Of a stretch of DNA of 32,000 bases, positions 18,904 to 27,717 are shown piece after piece. The notes beneath the pieces were generated by a model, which did not search any database, had not been told where the DNA came from, and saw only the letters and a program-made list of their open reading frames with translations. Made by a program: the position numbers and the translations under genes. Each line of letters begins with the position of its first letter. Position 1 is the first letter of the stretch. Origin of the DNA: Erysipelothrix larvae (GTDB lineage: Bacteria > Bacillota_I > Bacilli_A > Erysipelotrichales > Erysipelotrichaceae). The stretch is from positions 930,001 to 962,000 of the forward strand of contig NZ_CP013213.1 in NCBI RefSeq assembly GCF_001545095.1. Direction: 5' to 3'.

Positions 18904-19976
18904 TGATAACTGTACTCAGACATCAAATGTTACGACTTGTAAGAGAACCATTACTTCTCATCTCATTTCTATTAATGACGATAATCTTTGTGTTTACAAT
19001 GGTCGGCGCTAATAATGATCAAACCCATACAATTCCCGTCTACTCATCAACCCTTTCACAAGAAGCACTCCAAGAAAAGGTTGAATTGTTGAATGCAGAC
19101 AGTCCTTATATCTTTGAGATAGAATCAAAAGAAGCGATTGAAACACGTATTCAATCCAGTGATATTCCATTTGCTCTATCCCTTGAATCATCAAATTTCA
19201 AGGTATTGGTTGGACAAGAGTCACAACTTCAAACGGGCGTCAGCCAACATGTTGAAAATGTGTACCGAACACAGCTCACGTTGGATCAAGTCCAAGAAGC
19301 AATGGATGATATCGTCATCACTCAAAAAGAAATTGTGAGTGCATCCGTTTCAACTTTAAAAGATAGTGTAACGAATATTCAATCTTCAAGTGCCAGCATT
19401 CTCGTGGGCTTAACATTATACTTCTCAGCATTAACAATCCTTTCAAGCCTTACAAATGTTACCCAAGAAAAGATCACAGGAACATGGAATCGGATGATCT
19501 TATCGCCACTTAAGAAGACACAAATCTATAGTGGAATCCTTATACAATATTTCATGATTGGTGTTTTTCAAATCCTTGCATGTTTCTTCATTTTTAAGCA
19601 CTTCTTCAATTTTGACTTTGGAAATCAATATGGCTCAATACTCATGGTTGTCGGTGCGTTTGTATTTGTGATTGTATCACTTGGAATTCTCATTATCAGT
19701 ATGGTGAACTCACCCCAACAACTTCAGGTAGTGATCCCAATATTTGCCACGGCATTCGCAATGCTTGGGGGTGCGTTTTGGCCCTTAGAGATTGTAACCA
19801 ATAACATCCTATTATCCCTTGCGAAAGTAACGCCTATTTATTATGGAATGGAAGGGCTCAAAGGTGCAATCCTACTTAATCAAGGGTTATCCCAAATGGT
19901 GTTTCCAGTATCAATTATGGCATTTATGGGTGTTTTATTTATGGGGGTTGGGTTGAATAAAATGGAACGAAAATAA
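18903..19976 (+). CDS. ABC-2 family transporter permease (second subunit)
   Basis: 357 aa with the same N-terminal TM, loop and 5-TM architecture. AGGAGG SD; TAATG overlap with the upstream permease. Confidence 0.8.
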   Translation: MITVLRHQMLRLVREPLLLISFLLMTIIFVFTMVGANNDQTHTIPVYSSTLSQEALQEKVELLNADSPYIFEIESKEAIETRIQSSDIPFALSLESSNFKVLVGQESQLQTGVSQHVENVYRTQLTLDQVQEAMDDIVITQKEIVSASVSTLKDSVTNIQSSSASILVGLTLYFSALTILSSLTNVTQEKITGTWNRMILSPLKKTQIYSGILIQYFMIGVFQILACFFIFKHFFNFDFGNQYGSILMVVGAFVFVIVSLGILIISMVNSPQQLQVVIPIFATAFAMLGGAFWPLEIVTNNILLSLAKVTPIYYGMEGLKGAILLNQGLSQMVFPVSIMAFMGVLFMGVGLNKMERK

Positions 19977-19986
19977 ATACACATTT

Positions 19987-20020
19987 AACGAACTATATTT
20001 GTGATAAAATAGTTCGTTTT
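19987..20020 (+). terminator. Intrinsic terminator of the two-component/ABC operon
   Basis: AACGAACTAT (19987-19996) pairs with ATAGTTCGTT (20009-20018), followed by a T-rich tail. Confidence 0.75.
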
Positions 20021-20071
20021 CCTTTGATTTTCTAGGAGATAAGCGTAGAATGAACTTAAAGGGGAATGTAT

Positions 20072-20959
20072 ATGATAACAATTCAAAACCTTAGTAAAAT
20101 CTACAATAATAAATATGCAATCAAAGATGTTTGCTTGAACATTGAACCAGGTGAAATCTATGGATTTGTAGGTCCAAATGGCGCTGGGAAATCTACAACG
20201 ATTAAAGCGCTTTTAAACTTCATTTTCCCAGATGAAGGGACACTATCCATTGCGGGGTTTGATGCAATAACACAGAATAAAGACATTAAACAAATTGTTG
20301 GTTATGTGCCCAGTGAAGTGAATTTTTATCCTGAACAAACTGGATATGATTTAATTAAACTCTCAGCCAAGCTGCATGGTATCACTGATTTTGATCGACT
20401 CAATAAACTCTGTGATGATTTTCAAGTAGAAAAACATAAGAAAATGAAAGCATTGTCCTTAGGGAACAAAAAGAAAATTGCAATTGTTTGTGCCCTTGCA
20501 ATCAATCCGAAAGTATTAATCATGGATGAACCCACTAGTGGTCTGGATCCTTTGATTCAAAGTGAACTGTTTAAACATCTAAAAGAAATGGCTCAAAACG
20601 GCGTTACAATCTTCATATCAAGTCATAATTTGCGGGAAATTCAAGAGCATTGTGATCGTGTAGCATTCATAAAAAATGGGGAGATCTTGAAGGTGGTTTT
20701 GTTGAATGATTATCGACTATCTGGTAAATTTGTTCATTGTGAAGGTGAAGTCGATCCACTCAGACCCCTTGCACAGAAAATATTATCAGACAAGCCCAAT
20801 AGTTTATCGTTTATTTATGATGGGAAACTTCAAGATCTGTTTGTAGCACTTTCAAACACAACGTTGCGTGATGTTTCAATTGAAGACCTTTCCATTGAAC
20901 ATCAATTTATTGAACTCTATAAGGAAGAAGGTGTTGAACATGATTCGATTACACATTAA
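20072..20959 (+). CDS. ABC transporter ATP-binding protein (second system)
   Basis: Walker A GPNGAGKST, signature LSLGNKKK, Walker B LIMDEPTSGLDP. The ATG at 20072 is preferred (6 nt after GGGGA) over 20066. Confidence 0.9.
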   Translation: MITIQNLSKIYNNKYAIKDVCLNIEPGEIYGFVGPNGAGKSTTIKALLNFIFPDEGTLSIAGFDAITQNKDIKQIVGYVPSEVNFYPEQTGYDLIKLSAKLHGITDFDRLNKLCDDFQVEKHKKMKALSLGNKKKIAIVCALAINPKVLIMDEPTSGLDPLIQSELFKHLKEMAQNGVTIFISSHNLREIQEHCDRVAFIKNGEILKVVLLNDYRLSGKFVHCEGEVDPLRPLAQKILSDKPNSLSFIYDGKLQDLFVALSNTTLRDVSIEDLSIEHQFIELYKEEGVEHDSITH

Positions 20960-21748
20960 ACTTAATCAAAAAGGAGCCTTAGTGTGGTCAGCGGTTTTAC
21001 TTGCACTACTATTAGGGTTTATGGCTTTCTTTCCTTCAATGTCAAATGATGCGATGAAAGAACTCACAAGTGGTAAATTGCAATCATTACCCCAATCAAT
21101 CCTCAGTGTCATTGGTTTTGATTCATTTCCCGATTTTACGGATATAAAAGTTTACTATGGCTATATTATGCAATATGTCAACATGGCGCTGGCAGTCTAT
21201 GCTTTATTGATGGGTCTCAATTGGTACCTTAAGGAAGAAAATGAAGGCCCATTGAATATCTGTTTTCTCAGCCAAGAACACGCTTAGAACTCATGCGTGA
21301 TAAGTTGATTGGCAACCTCATCTTAGTGGTGATTCTCGTCAGCTGTATTATACTTACGAGCATTCTTTCATTTGCTTTGTTTCTACCTGAAGGGATAAGT
21401 CTTACTTCACTGATTGTTGAAACCCTGCCTATATTTGGTTCCTACTATTTTATCGCAATCCTCTTTCTAGTGTTAGGCAGTGGGTTATCCATGATTTTGG
21501 ACGCTTCTATCTCTATTACGGGTGTCGCAATGGGAGTCGTATTTATCCCTTATGTTGTTGCGGTGATGGCTTCACTTATTGATTCGCTAAAACCACTCAA
21601 AGCGATATCAATTTTGCACACTTTAATGCCCCATGAAATCTATGCAAATAATGTGAGTCTTATATCAATTGCACTTTGGATTCTTGTCGTCTTGGGTGTC
21701 TTTATCATTGGGATGCAACGCTTTAAACGCCGCGATATTCTTGTATAA
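20940..21748 (+). pseudogene. ABC-2 permease disrupted by a 1-nt frameshift (or sequencing error) at about 21246-21251
   Basis: Frame A reads ...YLKEENEG then PLNICFLSQEHA-stop (21285-21287). The frame shifted by one reads PIEYLFSQPRTRLELMRDKLIG... and continues into the track ORF 21293..21748. Joined, they give the ABC-2 hallmark E-G-x-IEYL(F/L)SQP. The start ATG 20940 follows AAGGAAGAAGGTG. Confidence 0.75.
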
Positions 21749-21895
21749 GATCCAGTTCAACACATAATACGCATATCTTTGATACAAAAGGTGTGCTTTT
21801 TTATTGGTATTTACCTCTTTTGATATCGTTTCAAACAAATATAAGCCAAAAGCATCCATTTGTGAGAAATCAAATTTAATAATTATGAGAAATTG

Positions 21896-21924
21896 TTTAC
21901 ATCGATTTATGAAGTTGATATAAT
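21896..21924 (+). promoter_or_regulatory. Strong sigma-A-type promoter for tRNA-Ser
   Basis: TTTACA (21896-21901), 17-nt spacer, TATAAT (21919-21924), with TG at 21916-21917. The tRNA 5' end lies 12 nt downstream. Confidence 0.75.
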
Positions 21925-21935
21925 ACGTTTTGCAT

Positions 21936-22024
21936 GGATGAATACCCAAGAGGCTGAAGGGGTCGGTCTCGAAAACCGATAGGAGTGCAAGCTCGCGAGG
22001 GTTCAAATCCCTCTTCATCCGCCA
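21936..22024 (+). tRNA. tRNA-Ser (anticodon CGA), class II with long variable arm, CCA encoded
   Basis: Acceptor stem GGATGAA/TTCATCC. Anticodon stem TCGGT/ACCGA with loop CTCGAAA. Long variable arm. T arm GAGGG-TTCAAAT-CCCTC. Discriminator G plus CCA. Confidence 0.93.
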
Positions 22025-22035
22025 ATTTAAATGCG

Positions 22036-22059
22036 AACCACGATTCAGTGGTTTTTTTT
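22036..22059 (+). terminator. Intrinsic terminator after tRNA-Ser
   Basis: AACCAC (22036-22041) pairs with GTGGTT (22048-22053), followed by T6. Confidence 0.8.
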
Positions 22060-22436
22060 ATGCTTTAATCACATGTGAGAAGACTTTGAGAAGCTTTTTT
22101 ACAAAAACTTCTTTTCATATAAGAAAGGGCATGATACAGACTGTGCCACTGACGCGTTTTGTGGATTATATGCCACCATTAATGGTAATGTTTTGGTAAT
22201 TTCAAATGTGAAAAGGATGGACTAAGAATCTCATGATTTAAATCGTGAACCCATCACATCAGATGATATTTTATGGGGATGAGTGCTATAGGCATAGGAT
22301 AAGAATCGAAGGGATATAAGGGTACGTTTTTACACAAAAAAACAAAAATATCACAATATATATGAATCAGAAGGGTACAGTTCGGAAAATTTCGGAAACC
22401 ATAAAATAATTGTTTTGAAATGTTCTTTGAATGTAT

Positions 22437-22465
22437 TTGAAAACGGTTAACTTAAATGTTAAAAT
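22437..22465 (+). promoter_or_regulatory. Sigma-A-type promoter for ptsI, overlapped by a cre-like half-match
   Basis: TTGAAA (22437-22442), 17-nt spacer, TAAAAT (22460-22465), with TG at 22457-22458. TTGAAAACGGTTAAC (22437-22451) matches 13/15 positions of the cre consensus WTGNAANCGNWNNCW. Confidence 0.55.
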
Positions 22466-22501
22466 ATAGAAGATGCTTTAAACAAGGAGGCTAAGAGAAC
22501 T

Positions 22502-24208
22502 ATGATTAAAGGAATTGCTGCTTCAGCAGGTATCGCTGTATCTAAGGTTTTTAAACTTCAACATCCAGTGTTGAACATTGAGAAAGTTGATTCAGATGCA
22601 AGTGTGGAATTGAAACGATTGGAAGATGCTTTGGAATTAACAAAAAATGATATTCGTATCATTAAGGAAAAAGCAGTTGGAAAACTTAGCGACGAAGAAT
22701 TGGCAATCTTTGACGCGCATTTAATGGTTGCAGAAGATCCAGAATTCATTGGGCAAATTCAAGAAATTATTAATTCTGAGTCTGTAAATGCTGACTATGC
22801 TACAAATCAAGTTGCAACGATGTTTATTGGTATGTTTGAAGGCATGGACGATCCATACTTTAAAGAACGTGCTGCAGATATTAAAGACGTTACATATCGT
22901 ATGATGTGTCACATTCTTAAACTTCAAATCCCTGATTTATCAGCGATTGATCATGAAGTTGTGATTGTAGCTGAAGATTTAACACCTTCAGATACTGCAC
23001 AATTAGACCGTCGTTATGTTAAGGGATTTGTGACTGAAATTGGGGGACGTACCTCACACTCAGCAATTATGGCTCGTAGCTTAGAGATTCCTGCTGTAGT
23101 GGGTGCTGGAAAACTACTTGACACTGTAAACCATGATGATGAAATCATCCTAGATGCTTTAAGTGGTGTTGTGATTTTTAATCCAACCGCACAACAAAAA
23201 GAAGAATATACACAAAAAGGTGCTGAATTTATGGCACATAAAGAAAGCTTGAAAGTATTAAAAGATGCGAAGAGCGAAACAACAGATGGACATCATGTTG
23301 AATTAGCGGGTAATATTGGTACACCAAACGATGTTGATGGTGTTCTTAACAATGGTGGAGAAGGTATAGGTCTATACCGTACTGAATTCTTGTACATGGA
23401 CGCAGCTGAACTTCCAAATGAAGAAGATCAATACATTGCTTACAAGAAAGTATTAGAAATCATGGCACCACGTCGTGTTGTTGTACGTACACTTGATATT
23501 GGTGGCGATAAAGAGTTACCTTACTTGAAATTCCCACATGAAATGAACCCATTCTTAGGATACCGTGCGATTCGTCTTTGCTTAGACCGTACTGATATCT
23601 TTAGAACACAAGTTCGTGCATTGTTACGTGCATCAGTACATGGAACCTTAAGTATTATGTTCCCAATGATTGCGACTATCCAAGAATTCCGTGATGCAAA
23701 AGCAATCGTTGAAGACGAAAAGAAAAACCTTTCTAAAGAAGGTGTTGAATTCAGTGATTCAATTGAACTGGGTATGATGGTAGAAATTCCAGCTGCTGCA
23801 GTGCTTGCGGATCAATTTGCGAAAGAAGCAGACTTCTTCAGTATTGGTACAAATGATTTGATCCAATACTCGATGGCTGCAGACCGTATGAACGAAAAAG
23901 TTTCCTATCTATACCAACCTTATAGCCCTTCAATTCTTCGTCTTGTGAAGATGACAATTGATGGTGCACATAAAGAAGGTAAATGGTGTGGTATGTGTGG
24001 TGAAATGGCTGGAGATGAAAAAGCAATTCCTCTACTTTTAGGTTTAGGGTTGGATGAATTCTCAATGTCAGCATCATCAATTCTTGAAGCACGTAGTATC
24101 GTACGTTCATTAAGCTATGGTGAAATGAAAGAACTTGCTGACAAAGCATTAAACCTTCCTACAACAGAAGATGTGTTGGCTTTACTTGATGCAACACTTA
24201 ACAAATAG
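22502..24208 (+). CDS. ptsI: Phosphoenolpyruvate-protein phosphotransferase (PTS Enzyme I)
   Basis: 568 aa with active-site His context [13 protein letters not shown] and a PEP-utilizing C-terminal domain ([29 protein letters not shown]). AAGGAGG SD. Confidence 0.97.
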   Translation: MIKGIAASAGIAVSKVFKLQHPVLNIEKVDSDASVELKRLEDALELTKNDIRIIKEKAVGKLSDEELAIFDAHLMVAEDPEFIGQIQEIINSESVNADYATNQVATMFIGMFEGMDDPYFKERAADIKDVTYRMMCHILKLQIPDLSAIDHEVVIVAEDLTPSDTAQLDRRYVKGFVTEIGGRTSHSAIMARSLEIPAVVGAGKLLDTVNHDDEIILDALSGVVIFNPTAQQKEEYTQKGAEFMAHKESLKVLKDAKSETTDGHHVELAGNIGTPNDVDGVLNNGGEGIGLYRTEFLYMDAAELPNEEDQYIAYKKVLEIMAPRRVVVRTLDIGGDKELPYLKFPHEMNPFLGYRAIRLCLDRTDIFRTQVRALLRASVHGTLSIMFPMIATIQEFRDAKAIVEDEKKNLSKEGVEFSDSIELGMMVEIPAAAVLADQFAKEADFFSIGTNDLIQYSMAADRMNEKVSYLYQPYSPSILRLVKMTIDGAHKEGKWCGMCGEMAGDEKAIPLLLGLGLDEFSMSASSILEARSIVRSLSYGEMKELADKALNLPTTEDVLALLDATLNK

Positions 24209-24842
24209 TCAAAATCAAACCATTCAAACATTACATGATAAGATCAAAAAACTTGTCAGTGATGAAAATTCTGGACATGATTTTGGTCATATTATGCGCG
24301 TTGTGAATCTTACTCAGAAAATCTGTACACCGGATGCTGATACCTTTGTTGTTTTATGTTGTGCGTATCTTCATGAGTTTTTAGATGATAAGATGCATGT
24401 CTTTGACACTAAGGACTTACATGAACTTGCATTGCAATGGAACCTTGACTTTGAAGGTAATACTTCAACAATCCTAGATAATATTTCAAAGATTGGATAT
24501 AAAGGTGGGTTTCAAAAAACAAAGGATCGTACGCTTGAAGCACACATAGTATCCGATGCGGATATCCTTGATGCAATGGGTGCCATTGGTATTGCTCGAA
24601 CATTCTATTATGCAGGGTATAAGGGATTACCATTTCATGATCGTGATCTTGAAGGAATTGTTGCGACAAATCTTCAAGAATATCGAAACGGACATCGTAA
24701 TGCCATAGCGCATTTTGATGAAAAAATACTTCACTTATACGATGCACTTGAGACAAAAAAAGCGCAAGAGATTGGGAAAATCCGACATGAGCGTGTTGTA
24801 AGGTTCTATAATGAGTTTTATGAAGAGATTAAAGGGGAGTAA
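24171..24842 (+). CDS. HD-domain metal-dependent phosphohydrolase
   Basis: Motifs HDFGHIMRV ... YLHEFLDD ... [14 protein letters not shown] (the H..HD..D pattern). The start is uncertain: ATG 24171 or 24189, both overlapping the end of ptsI. Confidence 0.75.
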   Translation: MCWLYLMQHLTNSQNQTIQTLHDKIKKLVSDENSGHDFGHIMRVVNLTQKICTPDADTFVVLCCAYLHEFLDDKMHVFDTKDLHELALQWNLDFEGNTSTILDNISKIGYKGGFQKTKDRTLEAHIVSDADILDAMGAIGIARTFYYAGYKGLPFHDRDLEGIVATNLQEYRNGHRNAIAHFDEKILHLYDALETKKAQEIGKIRHERVVRFYNEFYEEIKGE

Positions 24843-24860
24843 ATAAGCTCCTCTTTCTTT
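24833..24860 (+). terminator. Possible terminator after the HD gene
   Basis: AGGGGAG (24833-24839) pairs with CTCCTCT (24848-24854, one G:U), followed by a T-rich tail. Confidence 0.45.
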
Positions 24861-24898
24861 GTCTGTGTGGTAAACTATTTTAGGAGGAGTGATGACAT

Positions 24899-25285
24899 AT
24901 GAAACTACTAATTACTTATGATCGAAATCATAATGAGTGTGTTGCATGCGATGGAATCGAAACCCTCGATTTGCGTCATACACAACTGAATGTTGATGAG
25001 TTAATGAGTGTTTATGAATCCATTGAACCAGAACTGATTTCATGGCTTCGTTCTACTTTAATTGAAAAAAGTCCAGATGCTATTATTGCGGTAGGGAAAT
25101 CGGATGAATATCGTTGGATTGGGACCATCATTTGCCGTGTTTGTGGACAATTTAATTCATGGAACGGACAACGAAGGAATCCAATGGGTGTTACTGAGCT
25201 AACATTGAATGGTAAAGTGATGAAAGTTGTTGCGATTGATTCGTTTGATGATTTAGACCTTGCTAAAAAACAATTGGGGATATAA
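24899..25285 (+). CDS. Hypothetical 128-aa protein with two CxxC pairs
   Basis: Strong SD AGGAGG 9 nt upstream. Contains CVAC and CRVC. No family recognised. Its stop codon lies inside the IS target-site duplication. Confidence 0.65.
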   Translation: MKLLITYDRNHNECVACDGIETLDLRHTQLNVDELMSVYESIEPELISWLRSTLIEKSPDAIIAVGKSDEYRWIGTIICRVCGQFNSWNGQRRNPMGVTELTLNGKVMKVVAIDSFDDLDLAKKQLGI

Positions 25286-25286
25286 A
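25279..25286. repeat. Target-site duplication (left copy) GATATAAA
   Basis: An identical 8-mer occurs at 27812-27819, directly abutting the two IS termini. Confidence 0.75.
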
Positions 25287-25301
25287 GGCGGTCTGAAATA
25301 A

Positions 25302-25357
25302 CTTGGGGATAATTCAGAAAATGATATAAAATAACTTGGGGAGTAAGTTACCCCAAA
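25302..25357. repeat. Left subterminal motif array (CTTGGGG x2 forward, CCCCAAA x1 reverse)
   Basis: CTTGGGG at 25302-25308 and 25335-25341. The reverse copy CCCCAAA is at 25351-25357. Confidence 0.7.
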
Positions 25358-25376
25358 CAAGTTTGTTAAAGACCAA

Positions 25377-25417
25377 AGGGAAGCGTAGTCGCACATGACT
25401 ATAGCTTCCCTCTTTTT
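25377..25417 (+). terminator. Inward-facing terminator inside the left IS end
   Basis: AGGGAAGC (25377-25384) pairs with GCTTCCCT (25404-25411). An inner TAGTC/GACTA extension follows, then CTTTTT. Confidence 0.7.
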
Positions 25418-25446
25418 GTTATAGTATATCAATAATGAGTCATTTC

Positions 25447-26922
25447 TTAAGAGAGTCCTTTGTCATAGGTTGTTTTAATTATTGGGTTAATTCGATATGT
25501 TGCGTCTTCATTAAGCACATACAACACACGATTCCTAAACCGCTCCCAATTACGATAGCCACTTGCATTGTTTTTTATTTGCTTGATTATGCGATTTCGA
25601 TTCTCAATCAACGCACTGTTTATGTGTGTTATGGAAACTTCATAATGGGTTTCTCCTGTTTTCTTATTTGTGACCTTTGTGCATTTTTCTACTTTATTGA
25701 AAGTTGCGACAATTTCATTTTTCCACTTTCCTAAAGTTCGGCTAAAATCAACGATTGATGCAACTCTACTCTGAGCCATCACTCTGATGAGTGTGTTCAG
25801 ATTCTCGTGTGCATTCTCAGCTTTTGATTCATTGAAGAATTGATCGAGTAAGAACTTCATGTTATATGCATCTTCAAGGCCATTGCTCGTTTGAAGAATT
25901 AGGTCTATTATGTCGTAAAGGTTTAGAAACTTTCCCAATTTCTTATTGCGTTGTTTCGGTACATTTGGATCAAATATATTGTATTTCTTATCTTTAACTG
26001 TGGTTGTTGCTTTGGGGTTTTTATAGAGTAACCAGTTGAACTTTTTAAGCAGATAGTATTGCTGGTCACGCTTATAATATTCTTGTCTTTTGACTTTATC
26101 TTCTGTTTGCTTCCAGTTCTTAGGAGGTTTTAGTTTCTTCATAGTGTCTACCCTAATAGAGTCGATACGTTTCATTAAATCACTATAAACATGAAAACGA
26201 TCAACACTGATAAACGCGTTTGGAAGGAATTGTTTTGCGACGACTCTATAGCTATACCACATGTCGATTCCAATACCTAAGACTCCTTTGCGTTCTTCAA
26301 GGGGGATTTGGCTAAAATACGCGACTAAGTCTTGTTTCTTACGGGACGGTAATATATCTACGATATTCTTTGTCATTGCATCAATAAGAACGCATACATA
26401 ATCACTGCGATCACTGTGGTACGCATAACATTCATCAATAAGCAGATAAGCGGGTAGTTTTTGTCTGGAGACAGAAACGTGGGAATCGAAAATAGATGAT
26501 ACTGTAGTGGGAGATAACCGATATCTATTGGCAACTGTGGTAAACGTTTCATGTGGCGATTTAAGATCATTCAGGACATTATATACGGTCAGCTGAGTAA
26601 TCTTCATATTTCGATACGCAAATGGATTGTGTTCAAAAAAGCATTTATTACACGTTGTGCATTTATAACGTCGTGCACGGTAACGAATGTAACAGGGTAT
26701 ATGTGTTACCAGTGAGTGGAGAAGCTTCTTTTCAGAATAATCTTTGATTGTGGATGTTTTGCTTTCACAAATTGGGCATGTTTGTTCCTCTACCTGAAGC
26801 GTAATGTACACATTCAATGCGTCACTTTGACCTTTGATATCAATCTTCTGGACTTGATGGTGTTCTAAGTTAAATAATTCAAGAATTTTTTCGTTACTTA
26901 AAAGAGTGGCATTAGCGTTCAT
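25447..26922 (-). CDS. ISL3-family DDE transposase
   Basis: 491 aa with an N-terminal zinc finger CPICES...YKCTTCNKCF and an HTH segment TFTTVANRYRLSPTTVSSIF. The DDE core reads LLIDECYAY...VLIDAMTKNIVDILPSRKKQDLVAYF...IGIDMWYSYRVVAKQFLPNAFISVDRFHV. Confidence 0.92.
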   Translation of the reverse strand: MNANATLLSNEKILELFNLEHHQVQKIDIKGQSDALNVYITLQVEEQTCPICESKTSTIKDYSEKKLLHSLVTHIPCYIRYRARRYKCTTCNKCFFEHNPFAYRNMKITQLTVYNVLNDLKSPHETFTTVANRYRLSPTTVSSIFDSHVSVSRQKLPAYLLIDECYAYHSDRSDYVCVLIDAMTKNIVDILPSRKKQDLVAYFSQIPLEERKGVLGIGIDMWYSYRVVAKQFLPNAFISVDRFHVYSDLMKRIDSIRVDTMKKLKPPKNWKQTEDKVKRQEYYKRDQQYYLLKKFNWLLYKNPKATTTVKDKKYNIFDPNVPKQRNKKLGKFLNLYDIIDLILQTSNGLEDAYNMKFLLDQFFNESKAENAHENLNTLIRVMAQSRVASIVDFSRTLGKWKNEIVATFNKVEKCTKVTNKKTGETHYEVSITHINSALIENRNRIIKQIKNNASGYRNWERFRNRVLYVLNEDATYRINPIIKTTYDKGLS

Positions 26923-27055
26923 AGAAACCCTGCCTCTCTTTGACTATTTTGATAAGGTTTCATTATGTATCTTGCTCCTAAATATAAAAATGATTGTCTG
27001 TTATTTAAATAACCATCTTCATTATATTCAATCTGAGGAGTTAAAACTATTTTTC

Positions 27056-27526
27056 TCATGTTGGTGAAGTAATGGCGGAATGATAGATATTCCGTTTTGT
27101 GGATAATATGAAGTAATTCAATCGTTCCAAATAACTTAAATGTCTCACCGATTCATAATCGTTAAAACGTATTTTTATCCGAATATATGTTGATTCATCA
27201 ATATCAGTTAAAAGCGTGCTATCAAGTTCATGGGTTAATATTATTTCAATTGTGGGTACAGACAGTTGAAAATAGGGAAGTAAGTTACTTGGTATTATTG
27301 CATGAGTTCTCTTACATTGATTACAAAAGAAACGTGCGATTTCTACGACAATGGTTAATCGCCCAGTAATTATGGTTTTCGGATAGTATCCATAACGAAT
27401 CAGTGTATCTGTTTTTGAACAGCACGGACAAGGTATTGTTTTTGGATTAATTGAATTGAGAAATTTGTAATATTCCTTTTGAGAAAACTGTTTATTATTG
27501 AATGTGTTTGAGAAAACTGTTATCAT
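27056..27526 (-). CDS. IS-borne zinc-ribbon protein (DUF6431-like)
   Basis: 156 aa with AAGGAG SD. Contains CPCC ... RFFCNQCKRTHAIIPSNLLPYFQ, the four-Cys plus (I/L)P..L.PY pattern I associate with DUF6431. It lies 133 nt upstream of, and co-oriented with, the transposase. Confidence 0.7.
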   Translation of the reverse strand: MITVFSNTFNNKQFSQKEYYKFLNSINPKTIPCPCCSKTDTLIRYGYYPKTIITGRLTIVVEIARFFCNQCKRTHAIIPSNLLPYFQLSVPTIEIILTHELDSTLLTDIDESTYIRIKIRFNDYESVRHLSYLERLNYFILSTKRNIYHSAITSPT

Positions 27527-27557
27527 ATTCTTACTCCTTTATAGGAGGTATTGGATT

Positions 27558-27594
27558 GGTAGAAACTTAGGTCTGGAAACTTGGGGTTTCTACC
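27558..27594 (-). other. 9-bp stem hairpin in the 5' region of the IS zinc-ribbon ORF, enclosing two motif copies
   Basis: GGTAGAAAC (27558-27566) pairs with GTTTCTACC (27586-27594). The hairpin encloses GAAACTTAGG and GAAACTTGGGG, the latter overlapping the 3' stem strand. Confidence 0.55.
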
Positions 27595-27624
27595 ATTTTA
27601 TTAACCTCGTTAAACTAATAATAC

Positions 27625-27680
27625 AAAAAAAATCACTTTAATACAGCACTTAATTGTGCATAAAGTAAAGTGATTTTTTA
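27625..27680. terminator. Bidirectional terminator-like hairpin inside the right IS end
   Basis: TCACTTTA (27633-27640) pairs with TAAAGTGA (27666-27673). It is flanked by A8 upstream and T6 downstream, so it is U-tailed on both strands. Confidence 0.7.
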
Positions 27681-27717
27681 TTCTGCTGGTCTAAGATAAT
27701 CAGTTTACAACAGAAAT

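Noticed and set aside
20868-20939. Track start of the permease ORF inside the ABC ATPase gene
   Set aside because: The in-frame ATG at 20940 follows AAGGAAGAAGGTG and gives a normal short cytoplasmic N-terminus before the first TM segment.
21243-21251. Programmed ribosomal frameshift in the permease
   Set aside because: There is no X-XXY-YYZ slippery heptamer and no stimulatory structure. A simple indel or a sequencing error is more parsimonious.
21665-22018. 117-aa minus-strand ORF
   Set aside because: It overlaps the tRNA-Ser gene and its promoter in antisense, and also the 3' end of the permease. No SD.
25435-25734. 99-aa plus-strand ORF at the left end of the IS
   Set aside because: It is antisense to the 3' end of the transposase gene, has no SD and begins just after a terminator.
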